Origin: Yuukianura sp. NJ FZ-2021
Taxonomy: Eukaryota
Assembly: GCA_046563655.1 (NCBI GenBank)
Contig: CM102289.1
Span: 3,162,001 to 3,226,000 of the forward strand
DNA: 64,000 nucleotides
Direction of reading: 5' to 3'
A program made the translations under genes and the position numbers. A model generated the notes under the pieces. The model was not told the origin of the DNA. It worked only from the letters and a program-made list of their open reading frames with translations, and did not search any database. This document shows positions 48,971-58,726 of this stretch, piece by piece. Position 1 is the stretch's first letter. Each line of letters starts with the position of its first letter.

Positions 48971-50306
48971 ATGGCTAATGAAACTTCATTTTCTCGCTTA
49001 AGACGACTTTGTAGACGACTCCACCGTCGTCAACTAATCAGAAAAGTACCGTTGATCAGATTGAAGGATCGTGAAAATCCCCTAGAATTTTACAATGGAA
49101 TTGAGTTTAAAAAAAGGTACCATATGTTCAAAGATACTGCTAGCTATGTGATACGTTTAATTGCTCCGGAATTAGTCAGTGAACAAAAAAAAAGGCTGTC
49201 AACTACCTCCAACAATTCAATTTTTGGCCGTCCTACGATTCTACTGTACCGGAAGCTTTCAAAACCTCATCGGAGATTACTCTACTCTGAATCAATCGAC
49301 AGTATCTCGATTGATCAAGCGAGTCTCAAAAGTTATTGCCAAAATGTTGCCAGAATATGTCAAGTTCCCCTCGTTTCCAGAAGCTGCGTCTGTTCGTGAA
49401 CGTTTTTACGAAATTGCTAGTTTTCCTGGTGAGTTACAAGTTTAACATAGTTATTTGTACTGATGTTTGCTATTTTACATGCAAATTAATTTTTTTTAAC
49501 AGGAGTAGTAGGAGCAGTTGACTGCACCCATGTCAAAATAAACAGTCCGGGAGGTGACGATGCTGAACTATTTAGAAACCGGAAGGGACATTTCTCAATT
49601 AACGTTCAAGCAGTTTGTGACGGGGATCTGAATTTCACAAATCTTGTGGCCCGATGGTATGGATCAGCACACGATAGTAGAATCTTTGACAATTGCATCT
49701 TATCGCTAAAATTGGAAAATCAAGAAGTACCCGGAATACTGGTTGGGGATTCTGGTTATGCCTTAACGCAGAATCTCATGACTCCTCTAAAAAATCCAAG
49801 AACGAGACCCGAGTTAAGGTTAGCAAAACAGTTATGTTTAAATTAGGTGTTAAGTTTAAATTTAATTTTTAGGTTTTAAAATTTCTGGTTTAATTTTTAA
49901 ATCCAATTTGTAATTTAAAAATTTTAGGTACCAAAAAGCTCAAATCAAGACCCGAAATTGTATTGAACGGTGTTTTGGAGTATGGAAAAAACGATACCCT
50001 TGTCTGAACCACTTGAGGCTGAAGCTAAACACTTGTCTCGTTGTTATTACTGCTTTAGCAGTTCTACATAACATCTCAAGGTAATTATACATAACTTTTA
50101 AATTACGCTGAACTCATGCTGATTAAATGAACTCATGCTGATCAATGCAATTTCAGCCAATATTTATGAAATCTTTTAGGAAACGAGCCGACATTCATGA
50201 AAATGACTACTTCCAACCGGAAGAAGATGAAGAATTGGATAATGATGAGTTCACAGTTGCTGGGAGGGCTAAACAGCAAACAATCATTAATACTTATTTT
50301 GCCTAA
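48971..50306 (+). CDS. Harbinger DDE transposase (HARBI1-like); exons 48971-49428, 49503-49818, 49928-50080, 50180-50306; frameshift in the A9 run at 49185-49193
   Basis: LRFYCTGSFQ, GAVDCTHV, WYGSAHDSRIF, LVGDSGY, IERCFGVWKKR, VLHN. Confidence 0.9.
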
Positions 50307-50377
50307 ATGAATGAATACTTTGTGTTTTATTTAGAACAACAATCTCAGAAATACCGTAATGTTGTTAGCAATTAAAG

Positions 50378-51538
50378 TTATTTCTCAAGTGCTTTCTGCA
50401 GAATTTTGAGTTCAAGGTCGTGTTTTGCTTCTTCAAATGCCATTTTGTTTCTGTTCGTGTCACGCCGAATTACAGCATCCTCGTATTCTACACGAAGTGT
50501 TTTCAGTCTTAGCTGGTGCTCCTCGTATTCCATGTCGACCAAACTGCTTCTCGGGTCCTTTTCTCTTTTCCGTTTTGTTATAGTTGGTGTTTCTGCAAAC
50601 AGAAAAAAAAACAGGTAGCATTATCCTTTATTCGGTTGTTGAATTCAAAAATACGCTATAACTTAAGTACATACCTCCAATTCTGGTCTTCACTGTCGCT
50701 AACGTACTGACCTGAATATCATTTTGGATAACGGTACCGTCTTCGTCATAAAAAAGTACTTCCTGAGATTCGTTTCCGGTAACGTCTTTAGTTAAAAAAA
50801 AATTTAATCACCAAATTTGAATTCTTCGCTATGATTTAGTTTAGGTTTTTAATTTCTACCTTCGTTCATGCCGCTGACATCGTTTGCAACGTCCATATTA
50901 CTGAGATTGTCTGAAATATTAAATAAGATTTATAATACGGAGTTGGTTAAAAACATACAAAGCAATCGCTGAAGTAAAAATTTACAAATTACCATACACT
51001 CCATCCGAATCTAATTTGTTTTCCAACGATTTCATTTGGCTTGGGACGAGAGACATAATCCGTATAGTTTCTGGTTTCAAGTCCGGTGTTTTCTTTCCAC
51101 CTCCAGTTTTGTAAAGTTTTTTACGATGTGTTGAAACCTATTATTGATGTTAAAAGAAAAATATTATATGCAATGATCTGAATTACACCAATTCCAAAAC
51201 AGTATTTCATATAAGATATCATGCCGTACGTCTTTTTTTGCTCGTTTCTTGGAGTTCAACCACCAGTTCTTCAATTGAGGTGCTGACCGCTTCTGGACAC
51301 CATTGTCACTCGAAAATTTTGAGCTAATTTTTGTCCAGATTTCTTTTTTCTTATTGTTTGTTCCGTAATCTGTTCTTTTGTCCTCAATGATTGCCTTGTG
51401 CTCAGTTACCAGCTCGAGTAGCAGAGTCTTTTCGTATTCCGAAAATGGTTTAGCCTTCGCTACCCATGGACAGCTTCCAACTTCATCTTCCAGCTGGGAA
51501 TGTTCGTTTTCAGAGTCACTACCTAACTGTTGTGCCAT
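50378..51538 (-). CDS. Harbinger Myb/SANT-like DNA-binding protein (multi-exon; internal exons not fully resolved)
   Basis: FSEYEKTLLLELV..KKKEIWTKI..RSAPQLKNWWLN in exon 1 (51538-51230), KTGGG in exon 2 (from 51137), and a coiled-coil-like C-terminus ending ALEK*. Confidence 0.85.
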
Positions 51539-52799
51539 TAGAACTAGTTGTTTAATAATTACGAATTAGCAAATTGAAGGAAAAATTAGAAAAAAGGTAA
51601 TGAGTTCGGTTTTGCAATATTTCCATATTACAATTTTACACACAGCTGCGATTAGTTAGTTGTCACATTTTTTCGCCACTAATGCTCAACTGCATACGTG
51701 AAGGAAAATGTGACAAGTGGAAACTAACCTTCGGTTAACCTGACTTTGACCGTCAGGTTAGCCAGCCTCGGTTCACTTTTTCATTAAAAATATGAAAATA
51801 ACTTTGACCCAGGGGTTAAGGTTAGGTCGTGGTTAGGTGAACCAAGGTCAAACCTTACTTTGACTTTGGCATTAAGCATACGACCCTTACTGTCTCGTGC
51901 GGCTGCACACATCTCTGCATATTATCGTCTACGTTATTTTTGCCTTGTACATTATTTGTATGGTTTTTATCATTTTGCCAGCAGCACTCATTATGTCGAG
52001 TGTATTCAACATTTCGTTCAAATTTCATCGCAACATGGCAGAAGGTATGTCAGGAGCTAAGAGTGGATCCAGACAAATGCAGATGGGGATACGATCAATT
52101 CCAGTTCTTAAATGTACCATCGGTGACTTCTACCACATGGAATCGGTTAGTTAAAGCTTTTGGTGTTCGATACCGATTTGTAGCCAATTATTTGAAACAA
52201 GCGGATTGAATTTTTACAGGAAGCTAAACTAACCCTGCTGGACAGCTTGGCTCGTGGAATTGCATTTTGTCTTTTGTCAACAAAAGATTATTGAACCAAC
52301 GTTTGTTCTGACCAATGGATGCTTTTACACAAACACAAACGTATCACATGTAAACGGGCACGTACCACATCTGAACATGTAGCTTTTAATAGTAGGCTTG
52401 GTATTCGATGTAGCGAGCATAGTTTTAACTGTAATATGTTAGGCTAACCGCTAATTTCAAAGAAGTATTTCTGTTTGCACAGTGTTAATATTAGAAACGC
52501 CACTATTAGAGGAAATTGATTTTTACCATTTCTTTACATTTGCTTTTTGTTCTTTCCATTTGAATAGAAGAAATTTGCTTTTTCTTTTGTTTTTGTTTTT
52601 TTTTTTTTTTTGCAGTTAGTTTTTACTTAAACGATTTTAAGTTGCAGTTGTTTTCTTTTTTTGAAACAAAAAGTACTTTCAGGTCTCGTTTAAAACTTCT
52701 TACAAAGACGATGTAAATAAGTAGCGTCAGACCAATTATAAACAAGCACCGCGCATGCATTGTTGAACCTGACCTCTGATATTATTAGAGGTTAAGGTC

Positions 52800-53085
52800 A
52801 AACAACGGTCGGAATCATAGTCGTCACTCAAAGACGCCGTTCACGCAAACCACTGCATGTCGAATTGGTCCACAGGTTTCCGAAATGTAGAGTAAACTAT
52901 GACCTTCCGCTCTGACCTTGTTAGACGTCACTCGAGGTCATCAAAATGGCATTGCCGCAAACCGTTTCCGAGTCTGTCCATCCGTTTGCGAATTCCACAG
53001 AAAAAGATGACCTTGAGCTTTGACCCTGTTGGAGGTCACTCGAGGTCATCAAATTGGCATTCCCGCAAACCGCTTCAGAGTCTAA
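52800..53085. repeat. ~108-bp tandem repeat rich in TGACC/GGTCA (probable transposon remnant at a duplication junction)
   Basis: ATGACCTT..GTCACTCGAGGTCATCAAA.TGGCATT.CCGCAAACCG at about 52899 and 53007, plus a decayed copy upstream. Confidence 0.7.
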
Positions 53086-53730
53086 TTTTGTGGTAGTAGT
53101 ACCTAATTTTCAGGTACAGAATTCTCAAATTTGAATATTTTGCTTGTAGGAATTGGATACATTGTTAAAATTAATATTCCTTTGCAGAAAAGTAAAATTT
53201 GATAAAATTCAAGTTTTCCTGAAGCTGCTTAAGTAGGTTTCCAAAAAAATTATTCTGTGTTCAGGTTTCAATTGATTTATAGTCTTTTCGTTTAAAATTT
53301 TAAATGAGAAAATAGTACGCAATTATGCCGCTAAAGTACACATGAAAATTTCAAAAACATAGATAATTATTAGTTTGAACCTTGACCGCATGGTCTTAAT
53401 AATACTTTCCCAAGTCAAGTTTAAGTAGTTACCTCATATTCTACTTATTGTCTTACCAGGCTATTGGCATATCACTCTCACAAAATCAGGTAATTTGGCT
53501 TTGAATTTGGATTTCAATGTTAGAATTTTCAAGTTTACCTTAATTTTACATATCCGTCCATGCAAAGTTGGAATAATTTCAAATTCACAACCAAATTAGG
53601 GCTTTAACAATTTTTAAGGTGGAAGCGTTATATTTATCCGACCGTTTTAAACAAAATTTTTGAAGCAAATGTTTTGTGACGTTTCTCCTGACAACCGACT
53701 CAATTTCTTGAAAGTTAAGCATGCTTCACA

Positions 53731-54263
53731 CCAGGTGGTGGCAAAAACGTCCTAGCGACCAAAAACCGATTTTTGAAATGTAAACAAACTCTCGCAGTGA
53801 CGTCATTCCGAGAAAATACAGGTTTATCACAAGGTAAATAGAATACTCCTAGGTAGTGCAAATGGAAAGTTTGTTTGGTTGGCATGTCAAAAAAAATGAC
53901 GTCACCAGCTGAAAAATACCGGAATTCTGCGTATTAATGATGGTGTCCTATAGAAACCCGCAACCCGCATCTTGTTTACATAGATGCCAGGGGGTTAAAA
54001 TATCACGATTACGGTATTTTTTCAGCGGGTGACGTCACAAACAAAAATTGCGTTGGTTGCTATGGGCGCCATTTGCAGGGGGCTGGGTTTATCAAAGTTT
54101 TTAAGGTATTTTTAAGTTAACAGCGAAAGTTTTGAGGCTAAAATGATGAAAATGTTGAACAGCACTGTATATGAGGTATTTGTGATGAAAAAATTCCCAT
54201 AGTAACTAGATTTTGAAAAAAACAATCCTAAACAACCTTACCTCTAGTATTCTATTTACCTTG
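53731..54263. mobile_element. MITE with an 8-bp TSD (P- or hAT-like), nested in another foreign segment (~53615-54545)
   Basis: GCTTCACA direct repeats at 53723-53730 and 54264-54271. Perfect 18-bp inverted repeat CAAGGTAAATAGAATACT at 53830-53847 and 54246-54263. An internal inverted pair lies near 53899 and 54012-54036. Confidence 0.65.
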
Positions 54264-55031
54264 GCTTCACACAAGATTTTATTTCACGTCCGAGTGTAAA
54301 TTACAGCTTCCATATAGCTGCTGCTAATAGAGTGTACCTATGCGATAGCTCGAACTCCCTTGGTCATTTGACCTCCCAGGTCAAAGGTCAAAGTCAAGAT
54401 AAATTTTAAATTGCGCACAAACTGCGCACTAACTGCACAGTTTATCATTTTTGGAATTACCAATTCTTCCAGAAAGTCATTCCCACAAAACCCTACCTTT
54501 CTCAGAAAATTACACTAATTTTATGCCAACAGTATATCCAGGTTGTGATAAAATTCAACGTTTCCTAAAACTACATTAAGTATGTTTTCAAAGGAATGTT
54601 TTGTGTTCAGGTTTCAACTGATTTGTGGTGTTTCCATTTAAAACTTTAAATGACAAAGTGATATGCAATTATGCCATTAAAATGCTCACGAAATAATCAA
54701 CATCACAGATAATTACCGCTTTGAATTTGGATTTCAATTTTCGAATTTTCAATTTCACATTGAGTTTACATGTCCGTTCATGCAAAGTTGAAATAATTTC
54801 AAATTCGCAGCCTATTTAGTGCTTCCAATTTATGAAAAGTTGGGGAATTAAATATAATTAAGTAGGCTTACCGTTGAATTTTACAATTAGGGGTTAGGTG
54901 TTGGACGATTTTCGGTTGTGTTAATTTTTAGAATAAAAAGACAACCGCACTGCTTATTCTGCACAATCTGAAGGCATCTTTTTGCTATAACCTAGAGGAA
55001 TCCTCGCGTCTGAGCATTGACGTTGCCAAAA

Positions 55032-56408
55032 ATGCTCACTAACTTCGAGCTGAACAATTTGAGAAAATTTTTAGCCGCTGCTACTAAGTTTAATCTAATT
55101 GAAATCGAATACAGCCAAGATCTGGATAAGCTTGGAGTTGTTAAATGCGGTAGGCTGCGTTCTTTTATTGGAACAATTGCTTTAGTTTGCCATTGTGCAA
55201 CTATTGCTCTTTGTCTACTCCGAAGTGCCACGGCGAGTTCCGTTACTCTACAAGCTGTAGCAGCGTTCTTCGCTTTGGCGCTATTGTCGGCGGTTGGGTA
55301 TCGCATCCCAATGCTGTTGAATAGCAACGAAGTTGCTCATCTTGGGAACAACATTTTGGTGATCAATGATGTCTTAAGTAATTTTACAAAGGAAACTCTA
55401 TTTAGTGTTGTAATGACACTTTACTTACGTTTTGCACTTGCGTTGATTTTTTTTAATATTTGTTGTAGAACGGAAGTTGCAAATTGTAACTAATCCTGGG
55501 CGTAAAACAGAAACTCGCGGAAGCTTGTCCGCAGGCATCACTCTGTTTATGTTGGTTTCCGCATTTTCTGCGACATTTCAAATTGTTGCCATCAACTTTG
55601 CGCTGTTCCCTAATTGGTGGACACTTATTATGTACGTTACAGCAATATCGTTTGCCACTGCAGTTTTCCTGTGCGACCTGGCTGTCTTAGCAGCAATATT
55701 TGTACCGTCCATTTTGATAAGTAGATTTGGGCTACAAAAAGCGTGGTAAGTTAATATTAAAACACACATACCAAAAAGAAACTACTCACAAAATACTTTT
55801 TCGAATGGTTTGGATGGTATGAGTTGGTAAAATTGTCTTTTGTAAAGCGCGGAAGGACCAAGAAGTTTGGAGGAATCGCAAATTTGCGTTCATCTTTACC
55901 GCTCCATGCAACTCCTAAACCAACTGCATAATACTGTATTCGGCACAGCGTTGATTCCTTTATTTAAAACGGCACTCATTGCCTGCATATGTTTGGCTAC
56001 TTACTGTCTCGTGCGGCTGCGCACATCACTGCACATCATCGTCTACATTATTTTTGCCTTGTATATTTTTTGTATCGTTTGTGTTCTTTTGCCAGTAGCA
56101 CTCATTATGTCGGGTGTATTCAACATTTCGTCCAAATTTCATCGCAACATTGCAGAAAGCATGTCAGGAGCTGAGACTGGATACAGACAAATGCAGATGG
56201 TGCTGCGATCAATTCCAGTTCTAAAATGTACCATCGGCGACTTCTACCACATGGAATCGGTTAGTTCAAGCTTGTGGTGTTGAATAGCGATTTGTAGCCA
56301 ACTATTTTATACAAACGGATTCAATTTTTACAGGAAGCTAAACTAACCCTGTTGGATAGCTTGGCTCGTGGAATTGCATTTTGTCTTTTGTCAACAAAAG
56401 ATTATTGA
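55032..56408 (+). CDS. Gustatory-receptor-like multipass membrane protein, copy 4, apparently intact, 369 aa (exons 55032-55377, 55469-55745, 55848-56259, 56334-56408)
   Basis: Colinear with copy 2 and in frame. The intron 2 acceptor is AAG instead of TAG. Confidence 0.7.
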
Positions 56409-57319
56409 ACCAACGTTTGCTCTGACCAATGGGTACTTATACACAAACACAAACGAATCACACGTAAACGGGCACGTACTAAATCTGCAGATGTAGTTTT
56501 TAATAGTAGATTTGTAATTCAATGTAGTCAGTATAGTTTTAGCCGTAATACGTTAGGTTAACAACTATTTCCAGACCTATGTTCAAAGACGTATTTCCGT
56601 TTGCACAGTGCTAATATTAGAAACACCACTAGTAGAGGAAATTGATTGTTACCATTTCTTTACATTTGTTTTACGTTCTTCCCACGTTTCGAATAGAACA
56701 ATTTTGCCTTTTTTGTTTGTTTTTTTTTTGTGCAGTTAGTTTTTGCTTAAAGGATTTTAAATTGCAGTTATTTTTTTTTTTGAAACAAAAAGTTTAAGGT
56801 CTCGTTTAAAACAAATACTTAAAGTGCGGAAAGGTTTCATGTTATAGTGTTTCAGCATTAATATCCTCTTGCACCGTTTTCACACTTCCGCTTTGAAATG
56901 GAGTTCTCACCCTAGTTTAGCAGAGTTTTTTGACATCCACAATAAATTGCAAACGTCGATTGAAAGTTGTTTCGCTTTTTTTTTCTAAAATAAATTCAGA
57001 GATACACTTGACTAATTTTAGATTTATTCGAATGTATTCTCTAGCAACTTCGTGATATTTTTTTAAGGCATAAAAGACTGATTTCTTAATTAATTTGCTA
57101 AAATCGGGCTTCCGTAAATGTGATAAATTTTGTGGCCGACTTGAAGTTATTTCTCACGTTCTGAAGGGTTCTCAGGCCAAGAGGCTTAGGAAGTCGATGT
57201 CGCTAATTAAGAAAGTTGTGCAAGTCGTCACTCTCAATTTGTCAATTGTTTGAGCTAGGTGCTGCAGTTAAGCCTTAAAAACATTTCAGAACAATTTTGA
57301 AATTTTGAAAACCAAAGCA

Positions 57320-58726
57320 ATGGAAACAATAAGTACAACCACAGTTATTGAACAAGAAAATCAGAATCTCATTTCTCGCACGAAAGCACAAAAACGCCAC
57401 AAAATTCAAAATTCGACGAACGAAGAAATTGAACTGATCGATCGAACTTTTCCCTTAGAAATATTTTGGACGAACGTTGTACTTTGCATAGTACTTCATA
57501 TTTCTGCGGTGTATGGTTTTTACCTTGGACTCACTGGGCATGTCATGTGGCAGACAATGGCTTGGGGTACGTTTTCAAAAAAAAAATTAAGGCTAAATTC
57601 AAAAATTTTGAAAAGTATTTTAAATTCTGCTTTCGCCCTTTTTTAGTTGCTTTGTTGTTCGTTTTCGCGGGGTTTGGCATCACCGCAGGATGTCATCGCT
57701 ATTGGGCCCACAAGTCTTTCAAGGCAAAACTTCCTCTACGCATGCTCCTTGGCGTAATGCAAACGTTTGGTTTTCAATACAGCATTTACGACTGGAGCCG
57801 AACACACCGAATACATCACAAGTACTCGGAGACTAATGCAGATCCACATAACGTCAAACGTGGCTTTTTCTTTGCACAGCTTGGTTGGCTTTTGGTCAAA
57901 GAACACCCAGCAGTGACCCAGAAAAGGAATGAAATGGATTTTAGCGACTTGGAAGCTGATCGTATTGTCATGTTTCAACACAAGTAAACATCTAAGAAAA
58001 AAAGAGCACCAGAAAAAATTCATGCTTCTTGTAAAATTTTTGATTTTTTTTAATTTTAAAATACTTTTTTGATTCACACAGATACTACTGGAGGCTAGTC
58101 GCAGTTTGCGTTCTTTTTATCCCCACGGTGTGTGTTATTGGATGGGGAGAATCTGTGGAATCTGCATGGTACTTTGCCGCTTGTTACAACTTTTGTGTCA
58201 GCATGAACATCACTGGACTTGTCAACAGCGCCGCTCATCTCTGGGGATCCAAACCTTACGACAAGTAAAACATAAATAAAATTTATATATAAGTTATATA
58301 AATATAATTTATATAATGTTTTTCTCAATTATAATTTCGCTTAGGGGGATCAATCCATCGGATAATTTGCTGGTGGCGTTTTTGTCCGGTGGTGAGGGAT
58401 CGCACAATTATCATCACACGTTTCCGTGGGACTACAAAACAGATGAACTGGGGCACTACTATTACAATCCAACGGCAGCATTTTTAGATATCATGGCATG
58501 GATTGGTTGGGCCTATGACCTCAAAACAGTTTCGGAAAATGTCGTAACTGCTCGGGCGAGCCGAACTGGAGACGGATCTCACTCGTCATCTCATGCCCAC
58601 CATGGTGGTGGTCCATGGGGCTGGGAAGACGTAGACATTCCAAAAACAGACGCTGAAGTGACACAGATTTTGCATTCCTGGACTCCAGTAAAAGATGACA
58701 CGAGCCTATCAAAAACAAAATCTTAA
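57320..58726 (+). CDS. Acyl-CoA desaturase (delta-9/SCD-like first desaturase family), 382 aa; exons 57320-57566, 57647-57983, 58082-58264, 58345-58726
   Basis: His boxes HRYWAH, HRIHH and HNYHH; also GITAG, ETNADPHN, VNSAAH, KPYD, FPWDY and GWAYDLK. Splicing is in frame. Confidence 0.95.

Larger units (their letters stand above)
48676..51886. mobile_element. PIF/Harbinger DNA transposon, full length (3211 bp)
   Basis: 24-bp TIRs GGGTCGTATGCTTAAT(A/G)CCAAAGT, 3-bp TSD TTA (48673-48675, 51887-51889), convergent transposase and Myb/SANT genes, and GGTCAA/GGTTA-rich subterminal repeats. Confidence 0.96.
47712..52294 (+). pseudogene. Gustatory-receptor-like gene, copy 3 (premature stop plus Harbinger insertion in exon 3)
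   Basis: Exons 47712-48057, 48152-48428, 48517-48675 + 51890-52145, 52220-52294. CAA is changed to TAA at 48581-48583. Confidence 0.85.
35630..57566 (+). repeat. Tandem segmental duplication, four units (upstream block + receptor-like gene + spacer, with or without the desaturase 5' part); junctions near 43095, 46755 and 52690-53110
   Basis: Shared non-coding blocks recur upstream of each gene (e.g. catgccaa..tacaca, gatttatagtc, ggaattaaatataattaagta), and shared spacer blocks precede the desaturase starts. Confidence 0.9.

Noticed and set aside
52800..53085. Repeat-spacer-like pattern suggestive of CRISPR
   Set aside because: Only 2-3 degenerate ~108-bp units in a eukaryotic context with no cas genes; it is a tandem repeat.
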